Shown here: in pieces, positions 36,601 to 45,937 of the stretch
Layout of the letters: each line of letters starts with the position of its first letter
Numbering within the stretch: the stretch's first letter is position 1
Assembly (NCBI RefSeq): GCF_006345805.1
Contig: NC_043000.1
Coordinates: 128,030,001-128,094,000, forward strand
Length of the DNA stretch: 64,000 nucleotides
Direction: 5' to 3'
Source of the DNA: Octopus sinensis
Lineage: Eukaryota
The notes under the pieces: model-generated
Told to the model about the DNA's origin: nothing
What the model saw: the letters and a program-made list of their open reading frames with translations, nothing else
Database searches by the model: none
Translations under genes and position numbers: made by a program

Positions 36601-39600
36601 TAATTTGGAGCAGCAATTAGTAAAAAATTCTGCTCAGATAGCAAAAAAATCCCCAATAAACATCCACATTGCTCAGGACAACTTGGGGCCATGGAACGAA
36701 ACCTATTTTTACCATATGTTCTATTATTCATTTCTTATTGATTCACTTAACACAGTCTTTTCTTGGAACCAAACACCTATAATAAACAAGGATAAATGTA
36801 GTTACTTCCTAGTATTTCCATTTAATATGTAAACCTTCTTGAGAAAGAATGATTGCTAGAGTATGTTTAGCCAAGTTAAATCAATGACAAACTTCTTTTC
36901 CATAGGAATTAATTATACAACTGTGGGCCTTACACCTACAGGAGGAAACTGCCATGACCAGTTTAATTAACAAGCAAATATATCCAATAATAAACCTGAA
37001 ATATATGCAAAGTATAAATTATAATTTTCTGCACATGCACACATTGAGTGTCTATTCTTTCTCAATGATGACCAGTGTGGAAAACTTATTATCTTACATC
37101 AAATACTAAATGTTCCTTGCTTTAGAAAACTTAGTCAAAAACAAATAATTACACTCCTATAGATCAAAAGTTAAAGTTTGTCTCATTAGGCCAGAGTTTA
37201 ACCAAGTTTCCAAGGTGCAACTGAAAGTACAAGAATTCATTCCTAAATAAGATGTCAGTCTGTCACAAGGGCAACCCACAGCTATCACTGGCACTCATTT
37301 TCAGCTGAGTAGACACGAAGTGAAGTGTCTTGCACAAGGAGACAATGCAACACCCATGATCCAATGTTTTTAACTACACTTTATAGATTACACCTTGGAT
37401 GCCTTTAGCAGATAACACACCTTAAGCCAGGTCTTTGGTTTAAAGATATTTTTGTCTTCCTTCCCTCTAGTTTTGGAGGCCATGAAAAGGGTCATAGACA
37501 TTGCCCTTCCTCCTGACTATGCAATATAAAAATTTCTCAAGATTAGTCAAATGGCCTTCTAGATAATACTGATTCTCTTTTTCTTTTCTTGACTTAAAAA
37601 AAAAGCCAACTAAAAAACTAAAACAAAAATACCAAATCCTTTGGTTTGTTACTTACGCACAACAGGTCTATATGCATATTCATCTATGACATATGCATCA
37701 CTGTTTGGACAAAGTAAAGAGAAACTATAGTTAAAGTCTATATCAGAATCATTGGTACAATCAAATTTATTAGCTTCTCCATATGTCTTTTCACAATAAT
37801 TGGCTTTGACCATGATACTTCCCAGAAATTCACCTTTGTTTCCTCTCTGCATGGAAAAACAAGGAAAATAATCAAATAAAAAAAAAACATTAAATGATAA
37901 ACAATTAGAAAAATAAAAATAAGAAATAAGTGGAAATTTTACCAGTGAGTCTGTTAAATTATAAAGCACAAACAGAAAATTACTCTCCCCAGACACAACA
38001 GGATAGGCAATAAATTATGTGAGAAAAGGCAGAAATGATATAATTCTTATGAACCTTTCTATTGAAATAGAACAAAGAGTGTAAACTAATGGGATATATC
38101 TGGTTCTCACTATTTCTTAATTACTATAGACACAGGCATAGCTGTGTGGTAAGAAGATTGGTATTTACATGTTAGCAATTAAAGAAAATTCTCCTCTAGC
38201 TGTATAAGCAAATAACTTTCACTTTCTCAGCAATTTATGCTTTCTGAGAACAGGAAGTGTTAATAGGATCACAGATCTCATCACAGACATGAGTGACAAA
38301 TATGAAGTGCATGAGTTAACAAGGGAAGCTCTGTGGAGTTACTCAATCTGCTAGAAATAGCAGCCAAAAGTCCCTTGAACCACACTATGCTATTTTAGGA
38401 AAGGTCACACTAAACAATGCAGTATCAGTTACACTCTGCATAAGTAAAAGAGATGATGATGATTGAAATGTCTTTGATCATAAGCCTGCTCATTCTTGGA
38501 TGACATGGGGTAAAGGACAACTTAAAAATGGTTTTAAACCATCAGTGTCAGAAATGATTAATTTGTTCAATAGGTTTAGTATGACAATCACAAAGGAAAG
38601 AATAATTTGAGGATGAAGCAGTTTTATTATTCACTCAGGCTGGTTATCTATTACAAATTATGAAAGGATATGAGTTTAGCAATCAGCTAAGAAAACAGTT
38701 GTCAACTGCACTAAGTCTCTGCTATTCAGACCCAGAATCTATAACACCAAATGGAGACTATTTTATAGCAAGATGGACTGGGCCATTACATATTATGTGT
38801 TTTTGCTGGAGCCATAGTACATCACCATACAAGATACAAACCAATGATCTTTCAGCTTGCACTAAGATTACTCCATCAATTGCAATTCTCATAGAATATA
38901 TACAAGAATGTAACAAATGATTTCCTAATTAAATATGGTGAAAGATTAGCATGGTAACTAAAGTACCATAAACAGTTTCATACTTTTTGTGCCGAAACAA
39001 TCAACTGCTGAGATATATCATTACTCCTTTATCTAAACTATTATATAAGACAAATATATTGCATATTAAAAATTGAGATATCTTAATATATATTAAATAT
39101 TTTAATATTTAACCAGAAGAAATTAATGTGTTACCATATTAACAATGGGGTGAATTGAAAGTTGGATGAATGGGAAGGGTAGTTGTTTGTTTTGAATTCT
39201 TCATCTGTTTATTGTTAAAAGCTTGACATGATCATCCAAAGAAGATTAACAGAATAACATCAGAAAGTTCTATGTATAGTTGTTGTATGTGAGTTAAAAA
39301 AAACAAAGCAAGTATGTTCCTATGAAAGTGGAAAGTATGTCTAGTGTTAATGTAGATATTTTTTTTTTTTTTACAACACAGCATTTTGACAGTCATAACT
39401 GAGGAACCCCTGCAAAATGTAAATATTTGCTGATGTTATGCTTTGCTGCTCACATAACTAAGCTCCTGACTCTCACAGTCTGCTTGTCCCTGTAAATCTC
39501 TTTTAATATACTCCAGAACATATCTGACTCAACAGATCTGTGGTGACATCATCACTTGCAAATATGAGAGATGTCTAGATATAATTTCATTTACCAAATT

Positions 39601-40778
39601 TTTACAGACACTATTTATTCAATTGTCCAAAACTCAGTTGTAGATTACAAAGATTTTTCTGATTGGAAACAAGTGTAGTGTTCAAATCAATAAACAGAGC
39701 TGCAGTGAGTATTTTATTTCGATAAATATTAACAATTTGCATTGCCTAGGTTTATGTAAATGAGAGACAACATGACTGGCGTGTAGAATGGCTTACATTA
39801 ATGGTTAAGGAATTGAATCAGTTTGCAGAATACATCCCATAGTGTAGCCTTTTGCGAGTTCAAAGCCTAAACATGATTTTTCTGCTTCTACAAGCCAGCA
39901 GTAGTAGTGGCACCATTTATTTTCTTACCTCAAAATACAATGCTAATCACCATCATCATCATCATCATTTAACGTCCACTCTCCATGCTGGCATGGGTTA
40001 GAGAGTTTGACTGGAACTGGTAAGCTGCACCATGTTCCAGTCTGATTTGGCATGGTTTCTATGGCTAGATGCCCTTCCTAGTGTCAATCACTCCAAGAGC
40101 AGGTCCTTTTTGCATATCACTGACATGGATGCCATTTACATGACACCAGTAATGGCCATGACTACGATTTCACGGATGTCATTTACATGACACTGGCAAT
40201 GTTCATGGCTATGGTTTCACTTGGCTCGACAAGTCCTCTAGCACAGTATATCCCTAAGGTCCCAATCACTTGTCATCACCTCTGTGAAGCCCAACAATCA
40301 AAGATCATACTTCACCAACTTGTCCCTTGCCTCTGAAAAGCCCAATGGGAATATTGATGCTAAATCCAGACAATTTGAACTGTGATTATACTTATTGAAG
40401 AGATTAAGGATTTCTAATAAAAGGTAACAAATTTCAGAGGAGGAAATCTAATCAGCACAAATATTTGTTTCATACTTATTTTACTTGACTCCAAGAATAT
40501 GATAGGCGAAGTTGAATGGGAATGGAACTCAGAATATAACTAAATACTTTGAAGTATTTTATCTGTTGTTCTATCATCAATATTGATGAGAATAATTATT
40601 CCGTAGGAAATTAAAATTGACCAAAATAAAAATACCAGGGCAAATGAAATATGTGAAAATATTTGGATGACTTACAAAATGTCTGCCTCTCAAGAGGGAA
40701 ACTGTTATTGTTTCTACATCCTGATTTAAGGCTGGAGTCTCATCTTTAGCAGACATCTTGTAGTCACTGAATTAGCAA
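4887..40778 (-). CDS. CFAP70: Cilia- and flagella-associated protein 70 (TTC18) orthologue, spliced gene, 5' ~half (15 coding exons listed separately)
   Basis: Hand-spliced exons give a continuous frame (lengths 81,190,102,83,171,128,150,85,73,62,117,161,61,62,63; phases match at every junction). The translation contains motifs I recall from human CFAP70: [84 protein letters not shown]. Similarity is from memory, not a search. Confidence 0.88.
5293..5750 (+). mobile_element. tRNA/CORE-type SINE (OR2-like) with long (TG)n
   Basis: Same head and tail as other copies; (TG)n at about 5452-5555. Confidence 0.8.
6073..6134 (-). CDS. CFAP70: CFAP70 exon ([20 protein letters not shown])
   Basis: ttattctAG acceptor, GTGAGC donor, 62 nt, phase 0 to 2. 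Confidence 0.9.
6760..7800 (+). mobile_element. Degenerate mariner transposon (irritans/Himar-like)
   Basis: Broken frames give [54 protein letters not shown]; multiple stops and frameshifts. Confidence 0.85.
8236..8296 (-). CDS. CFAP70: CFAP70 exon ([20 protein letters not shown])
   Basis: cttgtttcAG acceptor, GTAAGT donor, 61 nt, phase 2 to 0. Confidence 0.92.
9050..11690 (+). mobile_element. RLE-type non-LTR retrotransposon, HERO-like, 5'-truncated and internally deleted
   Basis: [35 protein letters not shown] (RT N-terminus); [11 protein letters not shown]; GIAAGC; [11 protein letters not shown]; zinc knuckle C..C..RHVLSNC...[10 protein letters not shown]; PD-(D/E)xK endonuclease [16 protein letters not shown]. 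Confidence 0.85.
11756..11916 (-). CDS. CFAP70: CFAP70 exon ([10 protein letters not shown]...[26 protein letters not shown]...)
   Basis: gtctctgtAG acceptor, GTAAGT donor, 161 nt, phase 0 to 2. Confidence 0.92.
11983..12194. mobile_element. Mariner-derived MITE
   Basis: TIRs tgagggggtgctgaaaagtt / aacttttcagcactcctcg, TA on both sides (11981-11982, 12195-12196). Confidence 0.85.
12430..12818 (+). mobile_element. tRNA/CORE-type SINE (OR2-like), well preserved
   Basis: B-box GGTTCAGTCCC, CORE-like CTTGAGCAAGTGTCTT, canonical tail. Confidence 0.85.
13262..13378 (-). CDS. CFAP70: CFAP70 exon ([14 protein letters not shown]...[13 protein letters not shown])
   Basis: ggttcAG acceptor, GTAATG donor, 117 nt, phase 0 to 0; low-complexity linker, so support comes mainly from splice sites and phase. 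Confidence 0.75.
13660..15488 (+). mobile_element. 5'-truncated RTE (BovB-like) LINE with 3'UTR and (ATG)n tail; carries a nested insertion
   Basis: [38 protein letters not shown]; tail ...gcatggaaagcggacgttaaacaatgatgatg. Confidence 0.92.
14762..15407 (-). mobile_element. Second RTE-clade LINE family (3' fragment) nested in the RTE above
   Basis: [23 protein letters not shown]..; (TGA)n tail; 12-bp TSD tcaaatcgtcca at 14750-14761 and 15408-15419. Confidence 0.9.
15581..16625. mobile_element. hAT-type MITE containing a SINE insertion
   Basis: TIRs cagtggtggcttgta / catgagctgccacta; exact 8-bp TSD ataccaca at 15573-15580 and 16626-16633; paralogue at 28158-28861. Confidence 0.88.
16041..16408 (-). 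mobile_element. tRNA(Arg-like)-derived SINE
   Basis: Head GTGGAGGCGCAATGACCCAGTGGTTAGGGCAGCGGACTCGCGG...GATTCCC; 9-bp TSD ctggagctg at 16032-16040 and 16409-16417. Confidence 0.88.
16896..16957 (-). CDS. CFAP70: CFAP70 exon ([21 protein letters not shown])
   Basis: taattacAG acceptor, GTATAA donor, 62 nt, phase 1 to 0. Confidence 0.88.
17376..18605 (-). mobile_element. Near full-length mariner (DD34D) transposon, frameshifted transposase
   Basis: Perfect 27-bp TIRs tcaggtcatcccataagttctgtccga; TA TSD; ATG 18421 [14 protein letters not shown]; [26 protein letters not shown]. Confidence 0.95.
19360..19432 (-). CDS. CFAP70: CFAP70 exon ([24 protein letters not shown])
   Basis: gtctttaAG acceptor, GTAAGT donor, 73 nt, phase 0 to 1. 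Confidence 0.92.
19624..19708 (-). CDS. CFAP70: CFAP70 exon ([28 protein letters not shown])
   Basis: cttttggcAG acceptor, GTATGT donor, 85 nt, phase 2 to 0. Confidence 0.87.
19798..20432 (-). mobile_element. Cluster of three tRNA-derived SINE copies (GGCGGCGAGCTGGCAG-head family)
   Basis: Three repeats of the CCTTTCATCCTTTC.GGGTCGATAAATTAAGTACC module; whole cluster flanked by cagacataacaata (19784-19797, 20433-20446). Confidence 0.85.
20535..22765 (-). mobile_element. Helitron, 3' part (PIF1-type helicase), Rep domain missing
   Basis: [77 protein letters not shown]; 3' terminus CTAG at 20535-20538 preceded by a GC hairpin and followed by T. Confidence 0.93.
23563..24863 (-). mobile_element. 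Young 5'-truncated RTE (BovB-like) LINE
   Basis: Uninterrupted 225-aa C-terminal ORF 24180-24857 ([22 protein letters not shown]), 3'UTR, (ATG)n tail at 23563-23588. Confidence 0.95.
25490..25639 (-). CDS. CFAP70: CFAP70 exon ([43 protein letters not shown]...)
   Basis: cattttAG acceptor, GTATGT donor, 150 nt, phase 2 to 2. Confidence 0.9.
25825..26228 (-). mobile_element. tRNA/CORE-type SINE (OR2-like)
   Basis: Reverse complement of the same family. Confidence 0.8.
26282..26409 (-). CDS. CFAP70: CFAP70 exon ([10 protein letters not shown]...[20 protein letters not shown])
   Basis: ttcattcAG acceptor, GTAAAT donor, 128 nt, phase 0 to 2. Confidence 0.85.
26939..27224 (+). mobile_element. 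tRNA(Arg-like)-derived SINE, alternative 3' tail
   Basis: Head and body as in 16041-16408; 14-bp TSD atgtcaccttaaag at 26925-26938 and 27225-27238. Confidence 0.88.
27593..27888 (-). mobile_element. tRNA/CORE SINE sharing its 3' tail with 26939-27224
   Basis: Head GTGAAGG..TGGCCTAGTGGTT, CORE-like TTGAGCAAAACACTTCATTTC..CCACTCAGCTG, tail CAGTGGGGT.GC.TCATT..AAGG.TAAA. Confidence 0.75.
28158..28861. mobile_element. hAT-type MITE (SINE-free paralogue of 15581-16625)
   Basis: Colinear similarity throughout; TIRs cagtagcagctcata / cacgagccaccactg; decayed TSD (atcaatac / atctctaa). Confidence 0.85.
29543..29713 (-). CDS. CFAP70: CFAP70 exon ([31 protein letters not shown]...)
   Basis: tttttcAG acceptor, GTAAGA donor, 171 nt, phase 0 to 0. 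Confidence 0.87.
30090..30470 (-). mobile_element. RTE LINE internal fragment
   Basis: ORF 29990-30406 [33 protein letters not shown]. Confidence 0.85.
30603..31035 (-). mobile_element. tRNA/CORE-type SINE (OR2-like)
   Basis: Reverse complement of the same family. Confidence 0.8.
31129..31211 (-). CDS. CFAP70: CFAP70 exon ([27 protein letters not shown])
   Basis: ttttttcAG acceptor, GTATGT donor, 83 nt, phase 1 to 0. Confidence 0.82.
31257..32517 (-). mobile_element. Full-length mariner (DD34D) transposon, disrupted transposase
   Basis: TIRs ttgggttgtc(c/t)gaa, TA TSD (31255-31256, 32518-32519); [10 protein letters not shown]..., [33 protein letters not shown]; stop at 32172 and frameshift near 31480. 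Confidence 0.95.
32590..33595 (+). mobile_element. R4/Dong-clade RLE LINE, 3' fragment, within (TAA)n
   Basis: [41 protein letters not shown]-like, [41 protein letters not shown]; (TAA)n at 32537-32587 and 33596-33648. Confidence 0.9.
33916..34017 (-). CDS. CFAP70: CFAP70 exon ([33 protein letters not shown])
   Basis: atttcAG acceptor, GTAAGT donor, 102 nt, phase 1 to 1; resembles human KEEKTLILGQAVVDLLPLL. Confidence 0.9.
34360..34760 (-). mobile_element. Two tandem SINE copies (GGCGGCGAGCTGG-head family)
   Basis: Two decayed CCTTTCATCC..GTCGATAAA modules. Confidence 0.7.
34840..36440 (-). mobile_element. Older RTE LINE copy carrying a nested opposite-strand RTE 3' end (35385-35665)
   Basis: Tail at 34840, RT C-terminal remnants at 35200-35380 and 35666-36440; the insert ends in ...gcatggaaagaggacgttaaatgatgatg. 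Confidence 0.8.
37657..37846 (-). CDS. CFAP70: CFAP70 exon ([17 protein letters not shown]...DEYAYRPVV)
   Basis: ttccatgcAG acceptor, GTAAGT donor, 190 nt, phase 0 to 1. Confidence 0.85.
40676..40756 (-). CDS. CFAP70: CFAP70 first coding exon ([27 protein letters not shown])
   Basis: Acceptor ttttcAG at 40779-40780, 22 nt of 5'UTR, ATG at 40756, donor GTAAGT at 40675; phase 0 matches the next exon. Confidence 0.75.
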
Positions 40779-40896
40779 CTGAAAAATAATTTTCAATACG
40801 AATGAGCAACCATGAAGCTAAATTTAATAAAGTCATCACACTCAATCAAGCATATACACACAAAATTCATCAGTCAAGGTTGACAGAGAGTTTGTA

Positions 40897-41449
40897 TTGG
40901 GTTGTCCAGAAAGTTTGTGCCGATTTTTAAAGGAAAGAAAATGGTCAATAAATACTTGCCATTACATTTTTAATCAACCAAAAATGAACCATTTTTTTGT
41001 ACAATGCATCTCCATCTTTCCTTTAACTTGAATATACCCTCTTCCCAGAACTGAGGTGGTTTCATGGCAAAGAATTCATCAAGGCATCTTTTTACGTCAT
41101 CCAAGGAATTGAAATTTTTACCATAAGACTATTCTGCAGAGACCTGAATAAGTGGAAATCCGAAGGAACAATATCCGGTGAATATGAAGGGTGGGGTAAC
41201 ACATCCCAGCTGAGCTGCAGTAACTTTTGTCTGGTTCCCAAAGCATCAAATGCTGAAAATGAACTTTCTTATCTTCCATTTTAAAGGGTTACAGAATTAA
41301 CACAGGTTATAGGAACATAAACCTTCTTCCACGAAGAGAGAGCTTAAACTGTGCTCTAAATGGAGGTGTAGTCAAATCCTATTTTATGTACTAAAATAAA
41401 TCAAAAGGTAAGCTACTATAAATCGGCGCGAACTTTCCAGACAACCCAA
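40897..41449 (-). mobile_element. Internal-deletion derivative of the 31257-32517 mariner family
   Basis: Same TIRs (ttgggttgtccagaaag), TA TSD; junction near 41240 joins sequence equivalent to about 31600 with about 32318. Confidence 0.92.
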
Positions 41450-41619
41450 TAGTTTGGGTTTACTTGCCATCATGAAGTTAATGACAGTGTGACAATGACA
41501 AGTAGGCCAAAGCTTTGAAGTCGTTGTAAAAAGAAATATGGTACATCACTGAAAAGTGTTGAGTAATCCTTCAGTTCCATGTGAAACTGTTTTTACATAT
41601 AACCTTACATAAAAGCAAA

Positions 41620-42560
41620 CATCATCATTATCAAACTGTCCAACCCATACCAGCATAGACTAGGTGCATTTCTGTTTTACCTACATTAATGAGGTCACTA
41701 TGCAGTTTACAGGAGTATGAACCCTGAGTTGGTGGTGGAGCAGTCAGCTTCATATTAGGGGACAAAGGGATTACTGTGAGGATGGAGACAGAGTAGGTTC
41801 CTTCATGGCTACTCATAACTTGTAGGGGAAAATGTAGAAAGAGAAAGAGAAAATGATCAGTAGGAGCAAGACAGAGATAATGGCGATAAGGTACCCAGGG
41901 ATCCTCACAAGTCATGAGCAAAATAGAAGAGGGTGGATGGATGATTTGCAAGATTGTATGGGAAGTGCATGAGGGGTGGAGAAGCAGACTACCAAAATGG
42001 GTAGGGTCAAAGGCAGGATGAAACAAGAGTTATGAACTTGGGATGATAGAGGGATGGAGAAGAGTTGGGATGACAAGTAGCAGGAGTAGCAGTAATAATA
42101 GTAACTGGTGGGGTAGTCAGTGAAGCAACAGGGGAGCAGCAGGCATAATGCATGAGGTGGAGAAATTCACTATAATGGGTGGAGAACATATAACATAGCA
42201 CTTCCAGAACTCAGTTTTGCTGAAGAATGCAAGTCTTTTTGAAAACCTCATATTGCTAGAGATCCTCATCATTTGTCATCTCATCCATTAGGCTTAGAGT
42301 CTTGAGGTCAGCTTTCACAACTTCATCCCATGTCTTCCTAGGTCTTTCGCTTCTGCAGGTTCCATCCGTTTTAAGTGAACAGTACTTCTTTACACAGCTG
42401 TCCTCATCCATAGGTATCACATGCCCATATAAATGCAGTCTTCTTTCTTGAACATGACATTTGATTCCTCTTATGCCCAGTTTTTCACTTGGCACCTTCA
42501 TGCTAATTCTTTCATGCACACTCATTTTGCACTTCCAGCAGAACATGCTCACTGCATCAA
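41620..42560 (-). mobile_element. RTE LINE 3' fragment with long purine/pyrimidine-skewed 3'UTR
   Basis: [31 protein letters not shown] at 42256-42560; tail at 41620. Confidence 0.78.
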
Positions 42561-43451
42561 GTCCTCTGTATTCATGTGTGAGTATGTGTGTGCATGCGTG
42601 TGCATGCACGTGTGTGTACACATGTGTGTTTGGGTGTATCACATCATCATTTTACATCCATGTTGCCATGGGTTGGACCAATTGTTATAGTGCTGCTCAC
42701 CTAGGCAGGTCAAAGGACTGCATCTTTCTCATATGTTTCCCTTTTGACTTGGTTTCTTCACAGACTTCTTGTCTGGGGTGATTTCTCTGCATTCATACTC
42801 TGCTCACCACCTGCCACTTATGGTGCCGTCCAACCTTTTTCCCTCACATAGCTCCTGATGTATCCATCCACTTATCCCCCACAACCCCACTCTTTGCATC
42901 TTTTTCTCTCACTATCCTTTCCCTACAACTTCTTTGCCACCTCTACACTCTCATATCTTTCCCATTTCCATGACACCCACATACTTCTTTTTCTCAACAC
43001 ACAAAGACGAGTTAAATCGAGAGTTCAACCATTTTATGATTTTTTTTTTTAGTTGCGATACAGGTTACTCCTTGTTTCACCAGGCTGCAGCTATTATCTG
43101 GGCAAGCCTCACAATTTTACTTAACAAATAAGTTCCCCTCCTATTTCATGAGTTGAATTCAGTAAGGTCATGCTTTTCAAACACAAACGTAATCCCTACT
43201 AAAAGTGAGGCCAAACAATGCCAAAAGAAAAGAAACAGCGCCTAGTTTGTAACAAGTTTTTGTTATGCGGATCATTACCAACAAAAATGATATTTTCTAC
43301 ATAAGGATGGCTGCCAAATGCTGGAGCAGCTATAGTTCCAAAAGATAACGATACACTTGATAAATTTAGAGATTCACAAAAGATACAGAACCGTTAAATC
43401 TGCGCACTTGCGTCTCTTTACCGTCTGCCCTACATGATGCCAGAAGGGGGC

Positions 43452-43460
43452 CTGATTGGC
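43452..43460 (-). promoter_or_regulatory. CCAAT/NF-Y box (GCCAATCAG)
   Basis: ctgattggc on + strand within a CpG-enriched patch at 43400-43600. Confidence 0.3.
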
Positions 43461-43974
43461 GATTGCGCAATATGCGTTTAAACTGTCCACCACACTTGGA
43501 TCCTACAACAGATACTTTGCGTATTGTAGCTGTCTACCAAAAGCAGTAGGGCCATTACCTCGTTGATAAATGCGATGGTTGTTTCAGCGTATTTCAGTTG
43601 TAATTGTTTGTGGAAATGTTATCAGTGTTATAGGCTTGTTTCAATCATAACTAGTCTTACCATATTAAGTAAATAAACACTTGCTGGTTGCATTTTGTGT
43701 CGACAAAACGAAACTAATTCTGACATACAGGATAAATAAGGTGGTAGAAGAATTTCACCAAGATATAAAAAGGGTAACATATACTTGTGGAAAGTTTTGA
43801 CTGATATTCTGTGAAGAAACATCGTTAATGCACAATGGTTACGCATACAGAGACACACATATGTATATACACATACGCACGCAATAAAAATAAGTTCCTT
43901 ACTTTTTTTTATTTCTTTTCCTCTGTAATTGAATCACAGCACCTTATGACAATGTATATCAGTGCGTTTCTCTT

Positions 43975-43987
43975 GTCTCCTAGCAAC
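43975..43987. promoter_or_regulatory. RFX X-box (GTCTCCTAGCAAC)
   Basis: Fits the X-box consensus GTNRCC(N0-3)RGYAAC typical of ciliary gene promoters, apart from one position; lies in the CpG-richer interval between the CFAP70 and THAP gene starts. Confidence 0.65.
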
Positions 43988-44257
43988 GCGTTCTAAGCGC
44001 CGTCTCGAAATATTACAGAGTTGTCTAACTTGACAGTTGGCACCGTCTGGAGCCATCTTTGTTATATGATAGCTATTTGTCTTTTACTTACAGCTGATAA
44101 CTTAATTTTCAGTTTTTTCTCCCTTAATGTAATCTCCCGTTACTTTCACATCTGTTTGCGAAAAAGGGGGAAAGAAATTACGAACACCAAACCCTGAGTA
44201 GCAATTAATCTCCCCCAAAGAAATATAATAAAATAACAAAAAACAACAACAAAAAAA

Positions 44258-44428
44258 ATGGTGGGTTGTTCGGCTCCAAACTGTTCCAACAGAGCTGCAA
44301 AAGGTGGTTATAAAATGAAGCGGTTTCCTGCAGACCCTGCCATTAGACAGATTTGGATAAATAATGTTAAACGAGCAGATTGGAATTGGAACCCACCAGC
44401 AAATTTTCGAAACTGTAGACTTTGTGAG
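44258..44428 (+). CDS. THAP-domain protein, coding exon 1
   Basis: MVGCSAPNCSN...RFP.DP..RQIW...RLCE: THAP C2CH zinc finger (C-x4-C...C); donor GTAATC at 44429, phase 0. Confidence 0.9.
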
Positions 44429-45604
44429 GTAATCTTTTGTTTCTTTTTTCTTTTTTTTGCTTCGATCAATAGTTGAGTGTAATAAAAAAAAAAAAAAAAT
44501 TACTTCATCAATCTGCGCCAATAATTTTCCCGTTACTGCAGAGGTGGGGGGTTTTTTTTGGGGGGGGAACAAATTTTCCTCTCGGAAATCTTGTCAGTTG
44601 TTTATTTTTTCATGATACACACACGTGTTTTGTTTGTTTGTGCATGTGTACATATGCATGAGTGCGCGTGCGAGAGAGCGCTTTACGTAATTATCAGATT
44701 CGATTAGAGGTCTTTGGAGAGTGGGAAATAAGTGCCATAAAGTTTAAGACGCCTCATTAAATCACTTGAAATGTTATGATACGCAGTTCGTGAAAAATAA
44801 CAAAATACTTTAATGTAGTTTAACACTTTGTTTATTAGAGAAAAGAGAGAGGGAGAGAAAAGAAAACATAAACGATTTTGTAAATTATAAAAATTATAAA
44901 AAACAGATTTTGAGCTTTCGTAATCATATTTTGAAATCCGTCATTTCCAGATGTTCTCAAAATTCAATTTCTTTTTATTTACTTTTCAATTAGTAAACAC
45001 TTTTGAAATTTACTGTTTTATGCATTGTTACATAATTAGAGGATTAGAGAAGGAATAAAGATTCTTAAAAATAATAATAAATAGTGTTTTGGCAACAAAC
45101 TCTTGGATAAATTATTATTGTTTGTGTTGTACCCTATGAAAAATAAACAGCGCATTAACAAGGAAGCGAAATAGTCGTGTCGACGTATAATATAAACATC
45201 TGGAAGGAAAAAAAAATTACGAAGAGCAGATAACTCGTGTTGACATATTTAATTTTAATTAAGTTTATCAATATCTTCTGAATAGAATTAATTGTTGCTA
45301 TTTTACTTAGTATGCTGATTTGTTTTCATTCTGTTAAATCACTATTGGTTAAAGAACTAAATAAGGATTTAATCTTTATTCGCTTGTCTGTGTAAATACT
45401 TTACCTGTGAAATCTGCTTTTGGCTCCAGACAACTCTGTTTTGTGGCTTACTTCCGAGAGAATTGATAATAACATAATTTAGAAGAGATAATTCCTGAAT
45501 CAAGGTTATGTGATTATATAAGCGTTCCAATATAATTTTATTTTGCTTCGTTAATAAAAGCGATTGCTTTTAGCTAGTTTTTAAATATTTCTTTAATAAC
45601 AATT

Positions 45605-45790
45605 GTTTTTAATATAGGCACCAGACCTGAAATTTGGGGCAGAGGAATTAGTCGGTTACATCAACCTTAGAACTCGACCTCGAAAGAATGAAAGGCAAAA
45701 TTGACCTCAGCAGGATTTGAACTTAGAACGTAAACAGCCGGAAGAAATGCCGCTAAGCGTTTTGTCCGATGCACTAACGATTCTCCCAGT
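45605..45790 (-). mobile_element. SINE (GGCGGCGAGCTGG-head family)
   Basis: Similar to copies at 19798-20432. Confidence 0.7.
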
Positions 45791-45937
45791 ATGATTAATA
45801 ACAATCGTGTATAGCCTTACTAATTTTCGAAAGTGTTATGTAATCCACTCTTTTTACTGAAATTTCCCTCTCAGCTAGAGAAACTAAACAAAATCCTTAC
45901 GATACTTGTTGGCGACTCTCAAAGGGAATGGGAGATA

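Noticed and set aside
43427-43552. gccctac/gtagggc terminal stem with an ATGATG box as a C/D snoRNA
   Set aside because: Imperfect C box and no CTGA D box next to the 3' stem; better explained as promoter-region sequence
43628-43858. Minus-strand ORF ending at a GTAAGA donor (43660) as the first CFAP70 coding exon
   Set aside because: Splicing it to 40778 in phase 0 hits TGA within 5 codons; at most a uORF or 5'UTR exon
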